From assembly GCF_004102945.1 (NCBI RefSeq), contig NZ_CP019384.1:870001-902000 (forward strand): a stretch of 32,000 nt of DNA, read 5' to 3'. The notes under the pieces are model-generated. The model saw nothing but the letters and a program-made list of their open reading frames with translations, made no database searches and was not told where the DNA came from. The first letter of the stretch is position 1. Each line of letters opens with the position of its first letter. This document shows, piece after piece, positions 1 to 6,360 of the stretch. Origin of the DNA: Candidatus Velamenicoccus archaeovorus. GTDB lineage: Bacteria > Omnitrophota > Gorgyraeia > Velamenicoccales > Velamenicoccaceae. A program made the position numbers and the translations under genes.

Positions 1-883
1 ATTTCTTGAAAGGCAGGAGCATGTCGTGCAGGGCCCCCACCCTGTCTTTGATCGAAAACATGATGGATGTCTTGTCGCGTCCCGTTCTCTGGGCCTGGGA
101 TTTGCCGACCACCAGAAACCGCGTGATGTTGTGCGGGCTGTCTTCGATCTCCCTGGCGACGACCTTCAGCCCGTATTCTTTGGCAGCCAGAAGCGATGCG
201 ATGCAGGCCGAACGGGGTTCCTTGGCCGCGATCTGGGCGGCCCGTGTCGTGCTGGAAACTTCTATCAGGTCGGCCTTCGGCAGATTGCTTTCCAGCCAAA
301 GGCGGCATTGACCGAAGACTTGCGGGTTGGAATAGATATTGACTATCGCGTCCTTCAGGTGTTTCGACAAAAGGTTGTGCGAAATATCCAGCATCACCTG
401 GGAACAGATGCTGAGGTCCGAATCGACGAGCATGTCCAGCGTGTGCGAGATGGCGCCTTCGATGGAGTTCTCTATCGGGATGACACCGTAATCCGCATTG
501 TCTTTTTCCACCTCCATGAATACGTCCGTAATGGTGTTGCAGGAAAGATACGAGACGCTGGCGCCGAATTTTTTCAGCGCCGCCAGGTGCGAGAAGGTCG
601 TTCGCGGCCCCATGTATGCGATCACGAGCGGTTTTTCCATGGCGAGAGATGCGCTCATGATCTCGCGCCAGATCGCGGTTAACGTTTCTTTGTTGAGGGG
701 GCCCTGGTTCTCCCGGATGATTTTCGAGAGGACCTCCTTTTCCCTCGCGGGGGCGTAGACCGCCTCTCCTGTCTTGTTCTTCATTTTTCCGATCTCGAGG
801 ATCCAGCAGGCCCGTTTATTGAGCAGCTTGACGATTTCCTTGTCGATCGCATCGATGTCTTTGCGCAAATGTTTAATGGCCAT
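1..883 (-). CDS. pheA: Bifunctional chorismate mutase / prephenate dehydratase (P-protein); the C-terminal part lies beyond the window edge
   Basis: My own minus-strand translation from the ATG at 883-881; the ORF is absent from the track because it is open at the window edge. It reads MAIKHLRKDIDAIDKEIVKLLNKRA...REIMSASLAMEKPLVIAYMGPRTTFSHLAALKKFG...GVIPIENSIEGAISHTLDML...SNPQVFGQCRLWL, which is chorismate mutase followed by prephenate dehydratase. AAGGAGA lies 6 nt upstream, and the start overlaps the scpB stop by 11 nt. Confidence 0.85.
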   Translation of the reverse strand, partial: MAIKHLRKDIDAIDKEIVKLLNKRACWILEIGKMKNKTGEAVYAPAREKEVLSKIIRENQGPLNKETLTAIWREIMSASLAMEKPLVIAYMGPRTTFSHLAALKKFGASVSYLSCNTITDVFMEVEKDNADYGVIPIENSIEGAISHTLDMLVDSDLSICSQVMLDISHNLLSKHLKDAIVNIYSNPQVFGQCRLWLESNLPKADLIEVSSTTRAAQIAAKEPRSACIASLLAAKEYGLKVVAREIEDSPHNITRFLVVGKSQAQRTGRDKTSIMFSIKDRVGALHDMLLPFKK

Positions 884-1607
884 CTGTCGTCTCCTTCAGG
901 ATGGGGGGTTCTGTTTCCTGCGAAGCCCCTTCCGGTGCCGCCGTTTCTTCTTCGCGTATCGGTGGCGTCGTTTCTGCGGCGCCGGATTCCTGGCTCAGGG
1001 TTCGTTCTTCTTCGCTGGAGAGCGGTGTGATCTCGCCCTCGCCGGAAGCCAGTTTCATGTTCATGAGCATGTCTTTCTGGGCGAATTCTTCGATTTTCGG
1101 CAGTTCATTCAGGGATTTGAGCCCGAAATAGTCCAGGAAGAAACGGGTGGTCCCGTACACAAAAGGACGGCCGATCACCTCTTTGCGCCCGACGATGCGG
1201 ATGAGATTTTTTTCAAGCAGGCTTTTGACGACCCCGTCACAATTGACTCCCCGTACGGCCTCAATATCGATGCGCGTCACCGGTTGTTTGTAGGCGATGA
1301 TCGCCAGGGCCTCCAGAGAGGGACCGGTCAGTTTTTCCGTATGCTTGATCTTATAGAATTCCTTGATGGTGGCGGCGCTTTCGGGGGCCGTCGCCATCTG
1401 GAAGCCGCCGGCGATCTCGATGATGCGTATGCCGCTGGAGCGTTCCTCGTATTCTTTCTTGAGCGATTCGATGAGATCGCGGATCTCCGATGTCTGGAGA
1501 TTTGTGAATACTTTTTTGATATCTTCCAGCAGCAACGGTTTGGTGCTGACAAAAATCAGCGCTTCCAGGTCTGTCTTGATTTGAAGGGGATCGAGCATGT
1601 CCGTCAT
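873..1607 (-). CDS. scpB: Segregation and condensation protein B
   Basis: The 244-aa ORF contains LEALIFVSTKPL...GGFQMAT...LSLEALAIIAYKQPVTRIDIEAVRGVNCDGVVKSLLEKNLI..GR.EVIGRPFVYGTT.FFLDYFGL, a typical ScpB double winged-helix, followed by an acidic, proline-rich tail. Confidence 0.9.
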   Translation of the reverse strand: MTDMLDPLQIKTDLEALIFVSTKPLLLEDIKKVFTNLQTSEIRDLIESLKKEYEERSSGIRIIEIAGGFQMATAPESAATIKEFYKIKHTEKLTGPSLEALAIIAYKQPVTRIDIEAVRGVNCDGVVKSLLEKNLIRIVGRKEVIGRPFVYGTTRFFLDYFGLKSLNELPKIEEFAQKDMLMNMKLASGEGEITPLSSEEERTLSQESGAAETTPPIREEETAAPEGASQETEPPILKETTDGH

Positions 1608-1641
1608 GGGGCACCTAAGTTTTGGTTATTCGCCGGCCGTC

Positions 1642-2313
1642 TCAAGCATATCGCTCCGGGCGCGCCCGGCGCACGGCCGCGGAAGGCGAAGAGTTGATGC
1701 GTTGTTTATAAACGAAATTCAGCAGTTCTTCGGCGTCTTTGAACAGTGGTTGTTTTTTTATGGCTTCTTGGATCATCTCTTTGGCTTCATGTTTTTTATA
1801 TTGCAGCTGCATCAGGATATCCACGGCCTCGTCGATGATATCTTTCGGCAGGGGCGCCGTTTTGGAAGCGCCCTCTTCTTGGATGAGGCCGAATTTTCCG
1901 ATTTTTCCCTGCAGCTTGGCGATGATCTCCTTGGCCCTCTGGGGACCGATGCCCGGCAGAGACTTTAAAAAAGCGACGTCGGCCTCGTCAATGGCGCGCG
2001 CAATGGAAGCAATCGACGTGTTGATGGCGCGCAGCGCCGCTTTGGGGCCGATGCCGGAGACGGTAATGAATTCTTCAAAGAACTCTTTTTCGATCTCATT
2101 CAAAAAGCCGATGAGGACGGGTGTGCTGCGTGACGGCTCCAGCTGGTGATAGTGATATGTGATGAAGCGCACGCATCCGTCTTGGTCGACATGGTTGTCG
2201 AGCGCCGTCATCGTGATCACCGGCAGGAAGATTTCATAAGCGATGCCCTGGTTTTCCAGGATGACCGAGTTTTTCCGTTTTTCTATCAGTTTGCCGCCGA
2301 TGCGTGCGATCAT
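1642..2313 (-). CDS. ruvA: Holliday junction branch-migration complex subunit RuvA
   Basis: The ORF starts MIARIGGKLIEKRKNSVILENQGIAYEIFLP and contains FITVSGIGPKAALRAI...LKSLPGIGPQRAKEII (helix-hairpin-helix pairs). Its start overlaps the ruvC stop by 4 nt. Confidence 0.92.
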   Translation of the reverse strand: MIARIGGKLIEKRKNSVILENQGIAYEIFLPVITMTALDNHVDQDGCVRFITYHYHQLEPSRSTPVLIGFLNEIEKEFFEEFITVSGIGPKAALRAINTSIASIARAIDEADVAFLKSLPGIGPQRAKEIIAKLQGKIGKFGLIQEEGASKTAPLPKDIIDEAVDILMQLQYKKHEAKEMIQEAIKKQPLFKDAEELLNFVYKQRINSSPSAAVRRARPERYA

Positions 2314-2795
2314 AGTTTAGCCCTGATCGTCAAGGCGTGCGTCACGGCCAGCGAGATGGCGTCCGTTGTATCAACAGGGCCGAAGGATTCGCGCGCAGCG
2401 CCGAACATATGCTCGATCATTTTCTGGACCTGTTCTTTGGACGCATGCCCATGTCCTGTGGTGACCTGTTTGACGCGTGTCGCCGGATATTCGAAGAAAG
2501 CGACCTTTTTTTCCTCCGCCAGCATGCAGATGACTCCGCGGGCGTGTCCGAGCAGGGATGCCGTCAAAGGATGCTTGTAGTGCGCGTAGAGTTTTTCCAG
2601 GACAAGGGCATCCGGTTTGTGTCGGTCCAGGATTTCCGCCAGCTCTCCGTGGATCTGCAAGAGGCGTTTCGGCAATTCATCTTTTATCCGCGTTTTGATG
2701 AAACCAGACTTTTTGATGGTAAAACCATGCCGGTCGGCTTCGATGAGGCCGTAACCTGTGACGTGCAACCCTGGGTCGATGCCGAGGATGAGCAT
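2310..2795 (-). CDS. ruvC: Crossover junction endodeoxyribonuclease RuvC
   Basis: MLILGIDPGLHVTGYGLIE...LVLEKLYAHYKHP.TA..LGHARGVI...KQVTTGHGHASKEQVQKMI matches the RuvC fold and its catalytic D/E pattern. Confidence 0.92.
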   Translation of the reverse strand: MLILGIDPGLHVTGYGLIEADRHGFTIKKSGFIKTRIKDELPKRLLQIHGELAEILDRHKPDALVLEKLYAHYKHPLTASLLGHARGVICMLAEEKKVAFFEYPATRVKQVTTGHGHASKEQVQKMIEHMFGAARESFGPVDTTDAISLAVTHALTIRAKL

Positions 2796-2803
2796 CTGGC
2801 GCG

Positions 2804-3556
2804 CTATTCTCCGGTTGATTCGATCAGCTCGTCCGGGATGTCAAAATTAGCATAGACGTGCTGGACGTCTTCGTGTTCTTCCAGGGAATCCATGAGCGAC
2901 AGGATCGTGTTGGCCGTATTTTTTTCCGCGATCTTGATGGTCGAGGTCGGGATCATGGTGATCTCCGCGTTCTCAAACGGGATTTTGACGGCCGTCAGGG
3001 CGTTCTTGACGGATTCCAGGTCATGCGGTTGCGTCGTGATCTCGTAGACATCGGCTTCGCTTTTCATGTCCTCGGCCCCCGCATTGAGCACGATGTCCAT
3101 GAGCTTGTCTTCTCCAATGGCTTTCTTGTCGACCGTCAGGAAACCTTTTTTCTGGAACAGGAAGCTTACGGCTCCGGCCTGGGCCATATTGCCGCCTTTT
3201 TTGGACATCATGTTTCTTAGTTCAGCCGTTGTCCTGTTCTTGTTGTCGGTGACGACGTCGATCATGATGGCAATGCCTGCCGGACCATAGCCTTCGTAAG
3301 TGACCTCTTCATAGGTGACGCCCGGCAACTCGCCCGTGCCTCTCATGATCGCCTTTTCGATGTTGTCCCACGGCATATTGCCTTCTTTGGCTTTTGCCAC
3401 GGCCGTGCGCAGACGGATATTTGTTTCCATGTTGCCGCCGCCTGAACGGGCCGCCGCCGTCAGCTCTTTGATCAGCTTCGTGAAGAGCTGGCCGCGCTTG
3501 GCATCGATCGCTGCCTTCTTGTGTTTGATGCTTGCCCACTTTGAATGACCTGACAT
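2804..3556 (-). CDS. yebC: YebC/PmpR family DNA-binding transcriptional regulator
   Basis: MSGHSKWASIKHKKAAIDAKRGQLFTKLIKELTAAAR.GGGN.ETN.RLR.AV.KAK..NMP.DNIE.AI is the family N-terminal signature. GGGAGGAAG lies upstream of the ATG. Confidence 0.92.
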   Translation of the reverse strand: MSGHSKWASIKHKKAAIDAKRGQLFTKLIKELTAAARSGGGNMETNIRLRTAVAKAKEGNMPWDNIEKAIMRGTGELPGVTYEEVTYEGYGPAGIAIMIDVVTDNKNRTTAELRNMMSKKGGNMAQAGAVSFLFQKKGFLTVDKKAIGEDKLMDIVLNAGAEDMKSEADVYEITTQPHDLESVKNALTAVKIPFENAEITMIPTSTIKIAEKNTANTILSLMDSLEEHEDVQHVYANFDIPDELIESTGE

Positions 3557-3824
3557 TGTGCTTCCTCCCTTATTTTGTCGTCGAGATTATTTTATCGCAG
3601 ACGAATGACGAGCATTTCCGGTTTTTCAGTTTTCCAGAGAATTGTTCCATGAGCGCAAGACGCCATGGCACGCCTTATGGATCGCCCGCTGAAAGCGGGC
3701 AGGCCGTGAGACCCTCACCATGAACCAGACCGACCGCTTCACAAAGTGCGTTCCGCTGTCGGTTTATGGTGCCGTGAACCGACTACGAAATATTTTTTAT
3801 GAAGCGATCAGCTTGGTTCACGGC

Positions 3825-4228
3825 AAAATAGGCATATAAGCCGAGTTCTGTCTCCCCCGCTTTCGCGTTTTGGTTCGCCTGGTTTCACCAAAAGCGGAAC
3901 AAAACGGCGGGGGCGATAGCCATTTGACTTCTCCCTCCGATTGCTCGGTGGGATCTAGCAGCCAACCCGCTCCGACACACGATGTTCAGGCGGACAACCC
4001 TATTCCTGTTATCCAGGATGTCGGGGCCTATTTGGCATTGCTCTACGCAGAGATTGCCGCGTTTCACCCCCGCCGACGCACTGGTGGCGGGACTCGTCTC
4101 TGTGGCTCTGATCCGTCCGTTACGCAACGTAACGGAGGCGGTTATTACCCGCTGCGTTGTCCTCTAGAGCTCGGACTTTCCTCCCCGGCGGCTTTCGGGC
4201 CTCCATGGGCGGCTATCCTGCCTATTTT
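3825..4228 (-). ncRNA. rnpB: RNase P RNA, bacterial type A
   Basis: The minus strand carries the universal P4 strands GGAGGAAAGUCCGAGCUC (about 4162-4179) and ACAGAACUCGGCUUAU (about 3836-3851). P1 pairs AAAAUAGGCA (4228-4219) with UGCCUAUUUU (3834-3825), and P2 pairs GAUAGCC with GGCUAUC. The length is about 404 nt. The exact ends carry an uncertainty of a few nt. Confidence 0.9.
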
Positions 4229-4621
4229 GGAACGTTCTTCCTTTATGGCCAAACGCGCCAGTTTATCGGCGCCTTTATTGAGTTCCCTCGGGATCTGCTG
4301 AATACGATAAGCATCAAATTCGCCCAGCAGCATTTTTGCCTGTTCGAACAGATGCCGGATATTCTTGTTTTTGACCTTGTATTCTCCGTTGATCTGGCGG
4401 CACAGCAATTGGCTGTCGGAGAATATGGTCGCTTCTCTGACGTTCATCTCCAGGGCTTCCTGCAGGGCCGTGATCAGGGCTGTGTATTCGGCCACATTAT
4501 TGGTCTGGCGTCCGATGTATCTGGATATATTCTTGACCGGGACCTCCGCCCTCGCAAAAATAACGCCCACCCCAGCATCGCCGGGGTTGCCCATGGAAGA
4601 GCCGTCAATATAGATGTCCAT
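4145..4621 (-). CDS. rnhA: RNase HI-like ribonuclease H (the reverse-transcriptase-like RNase H fold)
   Basis: MDIYIDGSSMGNPGDAGVGVIF...NNVAEYTALITALQEALE......IFSDSQLLCRQINGEYKVKN..I..L......L...F....I..IPRELNKGADKLARLA shows the DEDD catalytic pattern. I placed the start at the internal ATG 4621 (the track ORF begins at 4738), because the upstream 39 codons overlap the previous gene. The last 28 codons are encoded by rnpB sequence. Confidence 0.8.
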   Translation of the reverse strand: MDIYIDGSSMGNPGDAGVGVIFARAEVPVKNISRYIGRQTNNVAEYTALITALQEALEMNVREATIFSDSQLLCRQINGEYKVKNKNIRHLFEQAKMLLGEFDAYRIQQIPRELNKGADKLARLAIKEERSKIGRIAAHGGPKAAGEESPSSRGQRSG

Positions 4622-4661
4622 GGTGATGGAATTTATCCTTTTTCCGGAAACCTGCGAGGCC

Positions 4662-5387
4662 TCATTCGCCTTCCTCAAGATAAAGGATCCGGGAACAGTT
4701 CTCGCAGGTGATGAGGCGGTTATACATCTTGATCTCATTGATCACTTGGTGAGGGACGCGCATGTGGCATCCTTCGCAGGAGTTATTTGAGACCTTGACC
4801 AGCGCCACGCCCCCGCGGCCGTGGAGGATGTGCTCGTAGGCCTGAAGGATCTTTTTGTCGACGCCTGCCGCCGCGATCTGTCTTTTTCCCTGCTCGGCCT
4901 GCAGAGAAGCCTCTATGTCCTTCGCCTGTTCTTCAACGGCCCTTTTCTCTTCGTTATAGATTTTTTCTTCGCCGGCGAGGATTTTTTTCTCCTCGTCCAA
5001 GGCCTTTTTTGCCGTTTCGACCTCATCCATCAACTTGAGGATTTCTTCTTCAATGACGGATTTATCGGCCTTCAGGCTTTCGATCTCCGCAAGCTTGGCC
5101 TGATATTCCTTGTTGGTCTTGAGGGCCCCTAATTGCGATTGGGATTTTTTGATACCCTCTTCCTTGGCATTGAGATCCCCTTCTTTTTCTTTTTGCTGGA
5201 GCTGAGTCTTCTGCAGGTTGCTTTCGAGGGTTTTGTAATCGGCCTTTTTTCCCTCGAACGCTTTCTGTAATCTTTCCAGGATAAGGGGAACCTCTTCTTT
5301 TTTCTGATTGAGCTCAAATATTTTTTTATCCAACCCTTGAAGTTCGACGAGTTTTATCAGTTCTGTGCGGATGTCTGGTGTCGACAA
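4662..5387 (-). CDS. COG1579/DUF164-type coiled-coil protein with a C-terminal C4 zinc ribbon
   Basis: The 241-aa ORF has a long K/E/Q-rich coiled coil and ends in CEGCHMRVPHQVINEIKMYNRLITCENCSRILY (CxxC...CxxC). It uses a TTG start with AAGGAG 6 nt upstream. Confidence 0.8.
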   Translation of the reverse strand: MSTPDIRTELIKLVELQGLDKKIFELNQKKEEVPLILERLQKAFEGKKADYKTLESNLQKTQLQQKEKEGDLNAKEEGIKKSQSQLGALKTNKEYQAKLAEIESLKADKSVIEEEILKLMDEVETAKKALDEEKKILAGEEKIYNEEKRAVEEQAKDIEASLQAEQGKRQIAAAGVDKKILQAYEHILHGRGGVALVKVSNNSCEGCHMRVPHQVINEIKMYNRLITCENCSRILYLEEGE

Positions 5388-5394
5388 AATACGC

Positions 5395-5420
5395 TCCTTA
5401 ACTTTGCCTATGATGGGTTT
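5395..5420. repeat. Leader repeat A, copy 1 (26 nt, contains the SD of the COG1579 gene)
   Basis: tccttaactttgcctatgatgggttt is identical to 5530-5555. On the minus strand it reads AAACCCATCATAGGCAAAGTTAAGGA, that is, it ends in the Shine-Dalgarno sequence. Confidence 0.9.
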
Positions 5421-5493
5421 TACTTCCTCTCAAAGTTAACTCCGAGCTTGCGCAGTAAATTTCCCGAAGGTCGGCTTGGCCGGCCGGAGAGGA

Positions 5494-5522
5494 AATTTAC
5501 AAGTGTTCAAGCGAGGAGTCAA
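5494..5522 (-). promoter_or_regulatory. Candidate sigma70 promoter for the COG1579 / RNase H / rnpB unit
   Basis: The minus strand reads TTGACT (5522-5517), a 17-nt spacer, then TAAATT (5499-5494). There is no experimental support, and it is mutually exclusive with the upstream-ORF reading of the same TTG. Confidence 0.35.
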
Positions 5523-5529
5523 CGTTTAT

Positions 5530-5555
5530 TCCTTAACTTTGCCTATGATGGGTTT
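5530..5555. repeat. Leader repeat A, copy 2
   Basis: This is an exact 26-nt copy of 5395-5420, 135 nt away. It is followed 6 nt later (minus strand) by a TTG, just like copy 1. Confidence 0.9.
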
Positions 5556-5577
5556 ATTTTTTGCTCAGAACATTTTT

Positions 5578-5633
5578 CGCCAGAGGCGACTCGAAAATTC
5601 ACTTCGCATGTTCGGGACACATTTCGCCAGAGG
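5578..5633. repeat. Leader repeat B, copy 1 (56 nt)
   Basis: cgccagaggcgactcgaaaattcacttcgcatgttcgggacacatttcgccagagg matches 5680-5735 at 54 of 56 positions, with a period of 102 nt. Confidence 0.9.
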
Positions 5634-5679
5634 CTTCTGATCGTCCCTGAACATAAGCGCTCGATAATTTTCTCGTAGC

Positions 5680-5735
5680 CGCCAGAGGCGACTCGAAAAT
5701 TCTCTTCGCATGTTCGGGACACATTTCACCAGAGG
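5680..5735. repeat. Leader repeat B, copy 2 (56 nt)
   Basis: This is the second unit of the 102-nt tandem repeat. Its end merges into a perfect 11-bp hairpin, cacatttcacc-aga-ggtgaaatgtg (5720-5744). Confidence 0.9.
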
Positions 5736-5759
5736 TGAAATGTGGGCGCAGAAGGACTT

Positions 5760-5823
5760 TCCCGATACGCTCATTTCATTCGCTATCGGGATCCCGCTAA
5801 AATTGTTTCATTTCGGAGCGGGA
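5760..5823. repeat. TCCCG...CGGGA hairpin doublet (REP-like) downstream of tRNA-Val
   Basis: Two abutting hairpins are present: tcccgata-N16-tatcggga (5760-5791) and tcccgc-N20-gcggga (5792-5823). The doublet at 6300-6360 has the same architecture and unit size. Confidence 0.7.
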
Positions 5824-5846
5824 GAACCTTCTCATATTTAAAAAAA

Positions 5847-5920
5847 TGGGCGCAATAGGATTTGAACCTATGACCTCTGCCATGTGAGGGCAGCACTCTA
5901 ACCAGCTGAGCTATGCGCCC
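5847..5920 (-). tRNA. tRNA-Val (anticodon CAC)
   Basis: The minus strand reads GGGCGCATAGCTCAGCTGGTTAGAGTGCTGCCCTCACATGGCAGAGGTCATAGGTTCAAATCCTATTGCGCCCA. It folds into a full cloverleaf with anticodon loop CTCACAT. CCA is not encoded, and a T7 run follows the discriminator base. Confidence 0.93.
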
Positions 5921-6004
5921 GAGTCTTGTTGTGTCTCTACGCTATGACAAAATCTTTTCCTTCGACAGTGCAACAACGCAAGCTCGTCCCGAGCCTGTCG
6001 AGGG

Positions 6005-6021
6005 GCTGAGCTATGCGTCCG
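6005..6021 (-). repeat. Upstream copy of the tRNA-Val 5' end (positions -1 to +16)
   Basis: gctgagctatgcgtccg matches gctgagctatgcgcccg (5905-5921) at 16 of 17 positions and lies exactly 100 nt upstream in the tRNA orientation. Confidence 0.85.
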
Positions 6022-6114
6022 CGGAACACCATAATGTTATATTTCAGTGATATCCCGAGGTCCCGCGTTTCTTAAATGCATGGATCGAGGAAAAGCTCTG
6101 AGATTATTTATTTC

Positions 6115-6155
6115 ATCCCTCGCGGCATATGACTTAATTTGCAGCCGCTCGGGAT
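6115..6155. repeat. Single hairpin of the TCCC...GGGA family in the tRNA-tRNA spacer
   Basis: It reads atccc-tc-gcgg ... ccgc-tc-gggat, with two stems separated by a symmetric UC/UC internal loop. Confidence 0.5.
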
Positions 6156-6179
6156 TCGCTTTTGCTCTGCAAAAGCTCA

Positions 6180-6253
6180 TGGGCCCTGGAGGACTCGAAC
6201 CTCCGACCAAGTGATTATGAGTCACCTGCTCTAACCGACTGAGCTAAGGGCCC
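6180..6253 (-). tRNA. tRNA with CAT anticodon, most likely tRNA-Ile2 (lysidine-modified); elongator Met is not excluded
   Basis: The minus strand reads GGGCCCTTAGCTCAGTCGGTTAGAGCAGGTGACTCATAATCACTTGGTCGGAGGTTCGAGTCCTCCAGGGCCCA. The anticodon arm and the C4-C5 acceptor-stem pattern closely resemble my recollection of E. coli ileX, and they do not resemble initiator or elongator Met. Confidence 0.9.
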
Positions 6254-6299
6254 TGATTATTCATAACCTGCTTGTATCCCTATATCCGATGACCGACTG

Positions 6300-6360
6300 T
6301 CCCGACGTTCCGCCGCAGGCGGAAGTCGGGATCCCGACCGAACACGCGTGAGCGTCGGGA
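6300..6360. repeat. TCCCG...CGGGA hairpin doublet (REP-like) in the tRNA-CAU leader
   Basis: Two abutting hairpins are present: tcccgac-gttccgccgcaggcggaa-gtcggga (6300-6331, with an inner ttccgcc/ggcggaa stem) and tcccgac-N15-gtcggga (6332-6360). Confidence 0.75.

Noticed and set aside
5578-5735. Possible mini-CRISPR array, seen as two direct repeats around a unique 46-nt spacer
   Set aside because: There are only two units, and the 56-nt repeat is far longer than CRISPR repeats and contains its own internal 9-mer sub-repeat. No cas genes or leader-like organisation are present in the window. It is better described as a tandem duplication.
5720-5744. parS-like palindrome (TTTCACC-AGA-GGTGAAA), noted because smc and scpB are in the window
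   Set aside because: The canonical parS is a contiguous 16-bp palindrome, TGTTTCACGTGAAACA. Here the half-sites differ from it and are separated by 3 nt, and no parB or parA gene is nearby. It is a member of the AGA-loop hairpin series.
5960-6021. Reading the tRNA 5' copies as degenerate second tRNA genes or as an interrupted, intron-containing tRNA
   Set aside because: Beyond the 14-17 nt copies, no D-arm, anticodon-arm or T-arm can be drawn. Known bacterial tRNA introns are group I introns located in the anticodon loop and are far larger than these segments.
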